The position numbers were made by a program, and so were the translations under genes. Shown here piece by piece: positions 9,487 to 17,722 of a stretch of 32,464 bases of DNA; position 1 is the stretch's first letter; every line of letters begins with the position of its first letter. Below the pieces are notes generated by a model, which searched no databases, was not told the origin of the DNA, and worked only from the letters and a program-made list of their open reading frames with translations. Source of the stretch: Candidatus Tenderia sp. (lineage in GTDB: Bacteria; Pseudomonadota; Gammaproteobacteria; Tenderiales; Tenderiaceae); the NCBI GenBank assembly GCA_031416075.1, contig JANOSY010000023.1, forward strand, positions 1 to 32,464, in the 5' to 3' direction.

Positions 9487-10347
9487 ATGAGCTGGTTTGA
9501 GAAACTGATGCCATCCAGAATACGTACTGAAGGTGGTAATAAAAAGTCGATCCCGGAGGGGTTGTGGAGCAAGTGTGACGGCTGTGGTGCGGTGCTGTAC
9601 CGGGCGGAGCTGGAGCGGAGCATGGAGGTCTGTCCCAAATGTAGCCACCATCATCGTATTGGTGCACGCCGCCGCCTGGATATCTTTCTTGATCCTGCTG
9701 GGCGTGAGGAGATTGGTGCCTCGCTTGAGCCGCAGGATATCCTTAGGTTCAGGGACAGCAAAAAGTATAAAGATCGTATTGTTCAGGCGCAGAAGGATAC
9801 GGGTGAAAAAGATGCCTTGATTGCCATGCGCGGCATGCTCAAAGGGATGCCAGTCACCGCAGTGGCGTTTGAGTTTAAGTTTATGGGTGGCTCTATGGGG
9901 TCGGTGGTGGGTGAGCGGTTTGTACGCGCCGCCAATATCAGTCTGGAGCAGCGCATTCCGCTGGTCTGTTTCTCTGCCAGTGGCGGGGCACGGATGCAGG
10001 AGGCGCTGTTTTCGCTGATGCAGATGTCTAAAACCAGTGCTGTACTGGCGCGTCTGAGCAAAGCGGGTGTCCCCTATATCTCCGTATTGACCGACCCTAC
10101 CATGGGCGGTGTCTCTGCCAGTTTTGCCATGTTGGGCGATCTGAACGTGGGCGAACCGAAGGCGTTGATCGGCTTTGCCGGCCCCCGTGTCATCGAGCAG
10201 ACTGTGCGTGAAACGTTACCGGAAGGGTTCCAGCGCAGTGAATTTCTGGTGGAGCATGGCGCCATCGATATCATTGTTGATCGCCGGGAGATGCGTGATC
10301 GTCTGGGCAGTGTATTGGCGATTCTGAGCCACAAGTCCGTTCAATAA
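9487..10347 (+). CDS. accD: Acetyl-CoA carboxylase carboxyltransferase beta subunit
   Basis: GLWSKCDGC...VCPKC zinc ribbon, [27 protein letters not shown]. Confidence 0.98.
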   Translation: MSWFEKLMPSRIRTEGGNKKSIPEGLWSKCDGCGAVLYRAELERSMEVCPKCSHHHRIGARRRLDIFLDPAGREEIGASLEPQDILRFRDSKKYKDRIVQAQKDTGEKDALIAMRGMLKGMPVTAVAFEFKFMGGSMGSVVGERFVRAANISLEQRIPLVCFSASGGARMQEALFSLMQMSKTSAVLARLSKAGVPYISVLTDPTMGGVSASFAMLGDLNVGEPKALIGFAGPRVIEQTVRETLPEGFQRSEFLVEHGAIDIIVDRREMRDRLGSVLAILSHKSVQ

Positions 10348-10386
10348 TCCAAAGGAGTGGGGTGTCTGGTCTGCCCAACTGAGCTG

Positions 10387-11661
10387 ATGCGCTTTAATAG
10401 TCTTGATGATTGGCTCGCCTGGCAGGAGGGGTTGCACCCTTCCGAGATTGATCTGGGGCTGGATCGTGTACGTGCCGTCTATGAACGTCTGGGCGTGGCG
10501 CTGAACTGTCCGGTGATCACGGTTGCCGGTACCAACGGCAAAGGCTCCTGTGTGGCGATGCTGGCGGCGATCTATCGCGCTGCCGGTTATCGCACCGGTG
10601 TCTATACCTCCCCCCACCTGCTGCGTTACAACGAACGTATCTGTATGAATGATGAAGAGGTGACGGATCAGCCGCTGTGCGAGGCGTTTGAACGGGTGGA
10701 CCGGGCCCGGACTGATTTGGCAGGTGTGACAACATCCCTTACCTATTTTGAGTTTGGCACACTGGCAGCGTTGGATCTTTTTGGCCGCGCCACACTGGAT
10801 GTGGTGATTCTTGAGGTGGGGTTGGGGGGGCGTCTCGACGCAGTGAATATTATTGATGCCGATGTGGCGCTGATTGCCACCATCGCCATTGACCATGTTG
10901 CTTGGCTAGGCAATAGCCGTGAAGCGATTGGCCGTGAGAAGGCGGGGATCATGCGTCCTGACCGTCCGGTTGTCTGTGGTGATCTCAATCCACCACAGAG
11001 CATTGTGGCCGTGGCGCTGGAGTGCGGTGCCACGCTCTATCTGAATGGCCGTAATTTTGGTGCCAAACCGCAGGTGACACAGTGGCGCTGGTGGGGTGGT
11101 CAACGTCAGCGTGATGCCTTGCCGATGCCGGCACTGCGGGGCAGTTTTCAGCTCAATAATGCGGCCAGCGTGCTGATGGTGACGGAGTTGCTGATGGCGC
11201 GCCTGCCACTCTCCCAGTCCCATGTTCGTGAAGGGCTGGCAAATGTGAAGGTGGCAGGCCGTTTTGAGGTGATAGGCGGCGAGGTGCCTCTGGTGCTGGA
11301 TGTGGCGCACAACCCTGAATCGGCCCAAGCGCTTGCTGACACACTGAAAGGCTGGTCGATGCCGGGGCGAATCTATGCCGTGGTGGCTATGATGGCGGAC
11401 AAGGATATCAGTGGTGCGCTGCGACCACTGCTTGAAGTGGTGGATGAGTGGCATATCACTGCGATTGATATGGCCCGTTCTGCCACGGTGGCGCAGATGC
11501 AGCAGCAGTTGCAGGCGCTGGGGGTGACAGCTATCCGCACTGAACCGAGTGTGGCGGTTGCCCTGGAAAAACTGCGACAGGTGGTGCAACCACATGACAG
11601 GATTGTGATTTTTGGTTCGTTTTACACCGTGGCCGAGGCTATGCGTGTAGTACATGTTTAA
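10387..11661 (+). CDS. folC: Dihydrofolate/folylpolyglutamate synthase
   Basis: IDLGLDR, VAGTNGKGS, YTSPHL, EVGLGGRLDAVN, LDVAHNP. Start placed at ATG 10387 (MRFNSLDDWL). Confidence 0.96.
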   Translation: MRFNSLDDWLAWQEGLHPSEIDLGLDRVRAVYERLGVALNCPVITVAGTNGKGSCVAMLAAIYRAAGYRTGVYTSPHLLRYNERICMNDEEVTDQPLCEAFERVDRARTDLAGVTTSLTYFEFGTLAALDLFGRATLDVVILEVGLGGRLDAVNIIDADVALIATIAIDHVAWLGNSREAIGREKAGIMRPDRPVVCGDLNPPQSIVAVALECGATLYLNGRNFGAKPQVTQWRWWGGQRQRDALPMPALRGSFQLNNAASVLMVTELLMARLPLSQSHVREGLANVKVAGRFEVIGGEVPLVLDVAHNPESAQALADTLKGWSMPGRIYAVVAMMADKDISGALRPLLEVVDEWHITAIDMARSATVAQMQQQLQALGVTAIRTEPSVAVALEKLRQVVQPHDRIVIFGSFYTVAEAMRVVHV

Positions 11662-11690
11662 ACGATATTGAAACCAGCTAGGAGTGCGGC

Positions 11691-12347
11691 ATGAGTCCAA
11701 TGCAGAAGCAGCGCCTTATTGGTGCGGTGGTATTGGTGGCGTTGGGGGTGATTATTGTCCCGATGCTGTTTGATTTCTCTCGTGAAGGGGCGGTTGAGAT
11801 GCAGGGGATCGATATCCCGCCTGCCCCTGATGCCATGCGGATGGAGGTTTTGCCGCTGGATGACTGGTCGCAAAAAGTAGATCCAGGTATCGATAAACCT
11901 CAGCCGCCAGCGGTTGTGGCTGAGACGGAGGCAGTGGAGCCCACCGAACCACCTGTGCCCGCCGCTGTTCCGGTAGAAGAGGTGGCCGCTGAGCCGCCGC
12001 CAAGTGCACCCAAGGAACCAGTGGTGGTACCACCGGCCCCGGCAGCTGTTAAACCCGCACCTGTGGCTCCCGTGCCGAGCGCGCCTGCTGCTGCCAAGAA
12101 AGGGGCCGTGACAGAGGGGTGGATTTTGCAGATAGCCAGCTTAACCGTTGAGGCAAAGGCCAATGATCTGCGTGATCGGCTGCGCGCGGCTGGTTATCCC
12201 GTCTTTATTGAATATGGGAAAAGTGGTGGCTCTGCCATCTATCGTGTGAAGGCCGGGCCTGTGGCGGGCAGAGCCGCTGCCGATGACCTTAAGATTCAGG
12301 TTAAACAGAAGATAGGGCTTGATGGTTTGGTGATGCAGTACCCCTAG
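11691..12347 (+). CDS. dedD: SPOR-domain cell division protein (DedD-like)
   Basis: KQRLIGAVVLVALGVIIVP transmembrane segment, Pro/Ala-rich linker, C-terminal SPOR domain (WILQIAS...YRVKAGP); syntenic between folC and cvpA. Confidence 0.88.
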   Translation: MSPMQKQRLIGAVVLVALGVIIVPMLFDFSREGAVEMQGIDIPPAPDAMRMEVLPLDDWSQKVDPGIDKPQPPAVVAETEAVEPTEPPVPAAVPVEEVAAEPPPSAPKEPVVVPPAPAAVKPAPVAPVPSAPAAAKKGAVTEGWILQIASLTVEAKANDLRDRLRAAGYPVFIEYGKSGGSAIYRVKAGPVAGRAAADDLKIQVKQKIGLDGLVMQYP

Positions 12348-12372
12348 CGGCTGTTTGATCTGCGGACAAAGG

Positions 12373-12410
12373 TTCAGAAAGGGGCGGCGCTCTGGTAAAA
12401 TCCCGCCCCT
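12373..12410 (+). promoter_or_regulatory. sigma70 promoter for cvpA-purF with overlapping inverted repeat
   Basis: TTCAGA(12373-78)-N17-TAAAAT(12396-401) with TG extension; AGGGGCGG(12380-87)/CCGCCCCT(12403-10) brackets the -10 box. Confidence 0.55.
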
Positions 12411-12452
12411 GACATAATTTCATCCAATCTCAGGGCATTGCCGGGTTATTAC

Positions 12453-12950
12453 GTGAGTAGTATTGATTACCTGATTATTGTTGTTGTTGTGATCTCGGCA
12501 TTGATCGGTATCTGGCGTGGTTTTGTGCGCGAAGCGCTGTCGCTGGTGGTCTGGGTAGCCGCTTTCTGGCTTGCCTACCTCCTTGCTGGAACGGTGGAGT
12601 CCTATTTTGCCGGGATGGTCAGCGAACAGCCATTGCGTCTGGTGATGGCGTTTGTGCTGATATTTTTAACGGTTCATGTGGTCGGCTTTGTGGTTGCCCG
12701 GCTGTTGTCATCGCTGCTGGAGTCGATTGGACTGGGCGGCGTAAATCGTGTGGTCGGTGGCGGTTTTGGTATTGCGCGTGGCGTGTTGATGGTGGCTGTT
12801 GTGGTGCTGGTCTTCAGTTTGACCCCGATGGTTCAATCAGAGTGGTGGCAGGGATCATATCTGGTCGGGCTGTTTGTGAACGGTCTGGACTGGCTGCAGC
12901 ACTACTATCCCCTGGATTTAAATAGTGTCTTTAGCCGGACGCGTACTTGA
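12453..12950 (+). CDS. cvpA: CvpA-family membrane protein
   Basis: IDYLII...S.LIG.WRGFVREALSL, GLGGVNRVVG..FG.ARG; upstream of purF. Start uncertain (GTG 12453 vs TTG 12438). Confidence 0.92.
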   Translation: MSSIDYLIIVVVVISALIGIWRGFVREALSLVVWVAAFWLAYLLAGTVESYFAGMVSEQPLRLVMAFVLIFLTVHVVGFVVARLLSSLLESIGLGGVNRVVGGGFGIARGVLMVAVVVLVFSLTPMVQSEWWQGSYLVGLFVNGLDWLQHYYPLDLNSVFSRTRT

Positions 12951-12980
12951 AGTTCTGTTGTTTAACGGGAGTAACTTTAC

Positions 12981-14495
12981 ATGTGTGGCATCATCGGAAT
13001 TGTCGGTAAGAGCAGCGTCAACCAGGCGATTTATGACGGTTTGACAGTGTTGCAGCACCGTGGTCAGGATGCCGCCGGGATTGTTACCTGTGACGATAAT
13101 AAACTCTATCTGCGTAAAGATAATGGCTTGGTGCGGGACGTCTTCTCGACTCAGCACATGCTTAATCTGCATGGCAATATGGGGGTGGGGCATGTCCGTT
13201 ATCCAACAGCGGGCTGTTCATCGTCGGCTGAGGCGCAGCCCTTTTATGTGAACTCGCCCTACGGTATCTCTCTGGCCCATAACGGTAATCTCACTAACGC
13301 CAATCTCTTGAAGCGCGAACTCTACAACGAAGATCTGCGCCACATGAATACCGACTCGGATTCTGAGGTGCTGCTCAATGTATTTGCCCATGAGTTGCAG
13401 CGTCTGGGCAAATTGCGGATCAACCACAATGATGTGTTTGAAGCGGTGAAGGGTGTGCACCGCCGCTGTCGTGGTGCCTATGCAGTGGTGGCGATGATTA
13501 CCGGTTACGGCATTGTGGGTTTTCGTGACCCCTACGGTATCCGCCCTGCTGTGTTTGGCAAACGGGAGAGCGAGCAGGGAACTGAGTATATGATTGCCTC
13601 TGAGAGTGTGGCGCTTGATGCGCTCGACTTTCAGTTGATGCGTGATATTGAGCCGGGCGAGGCGGTCTTTCTTGGTGTGGATGGCAGCATCGAGACGCGT
13701 CAGTGTGCCGACAACCCTACTTATTCCACCTGTATCTTTGAGTATGTCTACCTCGCCCGTCCGGACTCTATCATTGATGATGTCTTGGTCTATAAGGCGC
13801 GTCTGCGTATGGGTGATGCCTTGGCGCGCAAGATCAAACGGGAGTGGGGCGAGCATGATATCGATGTGGTGATTCCAATCCCCGATACCAGCCGCACCTC
13901 AGCCATGCAGCTCGCCTATGAATTAAAAACGCTCTACCGCGAAGGATTTATCAAAAACCGTTATATCGGTCGTACCTTTATCATGCCTGGTCAGCAGGAG
14001 CGCAAAAAGTCAGTCAGGCAGAAGCTCAATGCCATCGATCTTGAGTTCCGGCGTAAAAATGTCCTACTGGTGGATGACTCCATCGTGCGTGGCACCACCT
14101 CACAACAGATTATCCAGATGGCCCGTGATGCAGGTGCCAAAAAGGTCTACTTTGCCTCTGCCTCTCCGGCGATTCGTTACCCCAATGTTTATGGTATCGA
14201 CATGCCGACCAAAGAGGAGTTTATCGCCCATGGTCGTACCGAAGAGGAGGTGGCTCAGGCGATTGGTGCGGATAAGGTGATCTATCAGGATCTCTCTGAT
14301 CTTGAAGGGGCAGTGCGTAAGCGCAATTCACGCTTGGTCCGATTTGATAGCTCAGTCTTTACCGGCGAGTATGTGACCGGTGATATTGATGAAGACTATC
14401 TGAATAATATCCAGACACAGCGTAATGACTCCGCCAAGCAGAAACGGGGTGCCCAGAATGGTGACATTATTGATCTGCACAACTCACCACGATAG
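12981..14495 (+). CDS. purF: Amidophosphoribosyltransferase
   Basis: MCGIIG N-terminus, [37 protein letters not shown]. Confidence 0.98.
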   Translation: MCGIIGIVGKSSVNQAIYDGLTVLQHRGQDAAGIVTCDDNKLYLRKDNGLVRDVFSTQHMLNLHGNMGVGHVRYPTAGCSSSAEAQPFYVNSPYGISLAHNGNLTNANLLKRELYNEDLRHMNTDSDSEVLLNVFAHELQRLGKLRINHNDVFEAVKGVHRRCRGAYAVVAMITGYGIVGFRDPYGIRPAVFGKRESEQGTEYMIASESVALDALDFQLMRDIEPGEAVFLGVDGSIETRQCADNPTYSTCIFEYVYLARPDSIIDDVLVYKARLRMGDALARKIKREWGEHDIDVVIPIPDTSRTSAMQLAYELKTLYREGFIKNRYIGRTFIMPGQQERKKSVRQKLNAIDLEFRRKNVLLVDDSIVRGTTSQQIIQMARDAGAKKVYFASASPAIRYPNVYGIDMPTKEEFIAHGRTEEEVAQAIGADKVIYQDLSDLEGAVRKRNSRLVRFDSSVFTGEYVTGDIDEDYLNNIQTQRNDSAKQKRGAQNGDIIDLHNSPR

Positions 14496-14509
14496 CGTGG
14501 TAATGCCAT

Positions 14510-14536
14510 AGCTGCGCTGCTGAAGCGGCGCGGTTG
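14510..14536 (+). terminator. Hairpin after purF, possible terminator
   Basis: AGCTGCGCTGC-tgaa-GCGGCGCGGTT (with G-U pairs); weak U tail. Confidence 0.4.
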
Positions 14537-14740
14537 TGTAGAGTGTGGTGTTTAAGCAGAGTGACATCTGTTGCCCGTTTGGCAGTTTAAGCGTTGTAGG
14601 GCTGGTTGGTTTCTACAGTTCCCCCCTTTCCTTTTGTTAACACTGAAAAAATTGAGTTTTGCTGCGCGTAACTTATAGAGATGCGGCGGGTCAATGGTGT
14701 TGAGTTCCCTATTTTAAATGTTGATGTGAGGTCTTGAATC

Positions 14741-15602
14741 ATGCTAACGAGTGCAACTGAGTCTGAGTTCACAGGCGCACGCAAGCGGGCACACGTTTTT
14801 ATTGAACACCGGCATATACAGAGACTGATTATTACCCTGATATTAATCAACGCCGCGCTGCTTGGATTGGAGACATGGCCGGATGCGATGGCGGGTGGGC
14901 TGATTCTGGCCGTAGACAAGATCATGTTGACGGTTTTTGTTATCGAGATTGCACATACGTCTGTATGTACATCGTCTCCCCTTCTGGCGCGATCCCTGGA
15001 GTCTGTTTGATTTTGCGGTGGTTGCAATTGCCTTGATTCCCTCCAGTGGCCAGCCGACTGTATTGCGGGCGTTGCGGGTATTACGTGTGATGCGGTTGTT
15101 AACGATGGTCCCCTCGATGCGTCGTGTTGTCGGGGCACTGCTGGCGGCAATCCCAGGGTTGGGCTCTATCGCACTGGTACTGCTGGTGGTCTATTACGTC
15201 TTTGCCGTAGTGGCAACCAATCTGTTTGCTGCCGACTACCCTGAGTGGTTTGGTAATATTGGTCTATCACTCTATACACTGTTTCAGGTCATGACATTGG
15301 AGAGATGGTCGATGGGCATAGCCCGCCCGGTGATGGAGAGCTTTCCCTATACCTGGATGTTTTTTGTCCCATTTATTTTAGTCGCAACATTTACCATGCT
15401 AAATCTGTTTATTGCCATTATTGTGAATGCGATGCAGAGTTACACCGAGTCGGAGCAGAAGGAGACAGTGGCTGCTGTTGAACATGCACGTGAGCATATT
15501 GAAGAGGATATGCATGCTGAAATACGGCTGATGCGTGAAGAGATTCGCGAACTCAAAACGTTGTTGTTACAAAGAGTTCCACCTCAGAATGGGGGGTTGT
15601 AG
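14741..15602 (+). pseudogene. Bacterial voltage-gated Na+ channel (BacNav/ion transporter), split by a +1 frameshift near 14954
   Basis: ORF 14741-15010 gives S1-S2 (LILINAALLGLET...VFVIEIA). The +1 frame continues [19 protein letters not shown]4 [31 protein letters not shown] and [12 protein letters not shown]. Removing one base in GCA-C-ATA restores a continuous protein. Confidence 0.85.
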
Positions 15603-15631
15603 CTGAGGTTGGGTGGTTATTCATTATTCAC

Positions 15632-15722
15632 ACATTATGTTCCCTTAAGTATTTTTGGCCAGTGCCGATCCTGTCTTCTGCATTGCAAAGGTATCTGGCT
15701 AATTTAATGGGGAACATCATGT
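15632..15722. repeat. Long imperfect inverted repeat (about 91-nt rod-like hairpin)
   Basis: ACATTATGTTCCC(15632-44)/GGGAACATCATGT(15710-22) match 12/13; inner stems TTAAG/TTTAA, TTGGCCAG/CTGGCTAA and TGCC/GGTA. Confidence 0.6.
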
Positions 15723-15754
15723 CTGGCGACGGCTATTTTAGGCACAAAATAATT

Positions 15755-15907
15755 ATGGAAATTGGCACGAAAAAAGCTACTGATAAGGATAAGCAGATTA
15801 AAAAATTTAAGGATGACCGTGAATTTTTGGCTTATCTGTTGGAGCAGGAGAACATTGATACTCAGATCTCATCCACACCCAAAGTGCGTGAGTTGAAGGT
15901 TAAATAG
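15755..15907 (+). CDS. Possible 50-aa charged hypothetical protein
   Basis: MEIGTKKATDKDKQIKKFKDDREFLAYLLEQENID...; no clear RBS and no recognised motif. Confidence 0.2.
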   Translation: MEIGTKKATDKDKQIKKFKDDREFLAYLLEQENIDTQISSTPKVRELKVK

Positions 15908-15974
15908 TTATAGATTCGAAATGGCTCTGCGAGGATCTTGATTGGTAGCCGCGCCGTTATTTGCCCGGTCAGCC

Positions 15975-16010
15975 TTGCACCAGTTGTCATGCACGGGCTA
16001 CACTCGCTGC
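15975..16010 (+). promoter_or_regulatory. sigma70 promoter giving a probable leaderless transcript of the cus leader gene
   Basis: TTGCAC(15975-80)-N18-TACACT(15999-16004), then 6 nt to ATG 16011, with no SD. Confidence 0.55.
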
Positions 16011-16367
16011 ATGTGTAACTTCAGAAACGTGTTGGTGCTACTGCTCTGCCTTGTGATTCCCCTTCAGGGGGTTGCAGCGGTGGTGATGGCTGCCACCGCA
16101 TGTCCTATGGTTAAGCAGATGGCCAAAGAGCGCTCTGTCAGTCATGAGCATGACTGTTGTGATGAGGCTGAGCCTGTCACTAATGCAAATGGTGGCAAGG
16201 TTTGCAAGGTCGGCCATGAGTGCCCGTGTGGCGGTCAATATGTGCCCGTTTCGTTGACGTTGCAGTCGTTTGCGCCTGTTGTTAATGTGAAACATTTATC
16301 TCAGTTGGACTCCCCTCTTTTCAGCTTTCCTCCTGCCAGCGTCTGGCGTCCCCCGATAGAACTCTAA
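16011..16367 (+). CDS. Small exported-type Cys/His-rich leader protein of the cus operon (DUF2946/CopL-like, C-terminal WRPP)
   Basis: Signal peptide ...IPLQGVAA, CPM, HEHDCCD, CKVGHECPC, C-terminal SFPPASVWRPP; first gene of the cus operon. Confidence 0.75.
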   Translation: MCNFRNVLVLLLCLVIPLQGVAAVVMAATACPMVKQMAKERSVSHEHDCCDEAEPVTNANGGKVCKVGHECPCGGQYVPVSLTLQSFAPVVNVKHLSQLDSPLFSFPPASVWRPPIEL

Positions 16368-16453
16368 AATTTCTGATGCACTAAGTTTTGCCCTGTGATG
16401 GGTGCAAAAATTGGGGCATGTCTTCTGTTATTTATGAAATTTGGAGTTGGCGT

Positions 16454-17722
16454 ATGAGTAGATCAACCAGGTTTTTCACCTCTTTTTTGCGGTGCGCTGG
16501 GGTGTCGGTATTGTTAATCAATACGATGGTTAGTGCACAGGCTGAGCCGCTGAGTTTTGATGCGGCGCTGGCGTTGGCGTTGCGTGAAGCCCCAATACTT
16601 GCCGCCAATGAGGCGCAACTTGATGCGGCCCGTCAGGCAGCAGTTCCGGCAGGTGCGCTCCCTGACCCACGGTTAGCGCTGGGTATTGATAATGTGCCTA
16701 TTGAAGGTCCAGACCGTTTTAATCTTAATAGCCAAGAGATGACTATGCGGCGCATTGGCCTGATGCAGGAGTTTCCCAATCGTGCCAAACGCGCTGCACG
16801 TGTGGACGTGGCGCGTAGTCGTGTGGAGCTTGCCGGAGCGGCGATTGAGGTTGCCCGTCTGATGGTGATGCGTGAAACCGCTGTTGCCTGGATTGCACGT
16901 GATACGGTTGAGCAACAACTGGAGCAGGTGGACGCGTTATTTGCAGAGAATAAACTGTTTGATGCAGCGGTGCGGGCGCAGCTTGCCGGTGGCCGTGGGA
17001 TGACAACGGAGATTGTGCTGCCCAGGCAGGAGGCGGCACAGATTGAGGAGCGCCGTGATGAGTTGCAGGCGCGGCGTGAACAGGCCATTGCCACCCTGCG
17101 GCGCTGGGTGGGTACGGCGGCCGATTCACCGCTGGTGGGTACTGTTCCTGAATGGCCGATTAGCAGTCAGCCGCTGTTGCATGGTCTGCACCGACATCCG
17201 GAGATTGAGCTGTTTGCCCCACAGGGGCGTGTCCTGGATGCGGAAGTTGCTGAGGCCGAGGCGGCAAAAAAATCTGACTGGGCGTTGGAGTTTGCCTATC
17301 AGAATCGCGCCTTTCGGTTTGGTGATATGGTGATGTTGCAGGTTAGTTTTGATCTGCCCATGTTTACCAGTAAACGTCAGGAGCCACTGGTTGCGGCCAA
17401 ACGTGCTGAGCGTGTGGCGCTTGATGCGGAGCGTGAGTCTGTATTGCGAATGCATACAGCTGAGTTGGAATCTGATCTTGCCGATTACATACGGCTTGGC
17501 AGTGCCATTAAACGTCAGCGTGAGCGGTTGCTACCGCTGGCCGATGAGAAAATCTCCCTGGCGATGGCGGCGTGGCGGGGTGGCAAGGGCAGTTTGACGG
17601 AGCTGATCTCTGCCCGCAGCGAACGTATTGATACAGAACTCAAGGCAATTGCACTGGAGGGCGAGCAGCGTCAGGTGGCCGCCCGGTTGCACTATGTTTA
17701 TGGTGCCGGGGAGGGGGTCTGA
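16454..17722 (+). CDS. TolC-family outer membrane efflux protein (CusC-like)
   Basis: GGAG RBS then ATG 16454; signal peptide, AGALPDPRL.LG..NVP, QEFP...KR.AR, V.FDLP.F; precedes the CusB/CusA homologues. Confidence 0.88.
   Translation: MSRSTRFFTSFLRCAGVSVLLINTMVSAQAEPLSFDAALALALREAPILAANEAQLDAARQAAVPAGALPDPRLALGIDNVPIEGPDRFNLNSQEMTMRRIGLMQEFPNRAKRAARVDVARSRVELAGAAIEVARLMVMRETAVAWIARDTVEQQLEQVDALFAENKLFDAAVRAQLAGGRGMTTEIVLPRQEAAQIEERRDELQARREQAIATLRRWVGTAADSPLVGTVPEWPISSQPLLHGLHRHPEIELFAPQGRVLDAEVAEAEAAKKSDWALEFAYQNRAFRFGDMVMLQVSFDLPMFTSKRQEPLVAAKRAERVALDAERESVLRMHTAELESDLADYIRLGSAIKRQRERLLPLADEKISLAMAAWRGGKGSLTELISARSERIDTELKAIALEGEQRQVAARLHYVYGAGEGV

Noticed and set aside
11890-12100. Repetitive-looking Pro/Ala stretch in dedD
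   Set aside because: Ordinary low-complexity linker of SPOR proteins; no true tandem repeat.
14540-14740. Na+/Li+ riboswitch upstream of the channel gene
   Set aside because: Only weak hairpins and a pyrimidine tract; no recognisable aptamer consensus. An Rfam scan would settle it.
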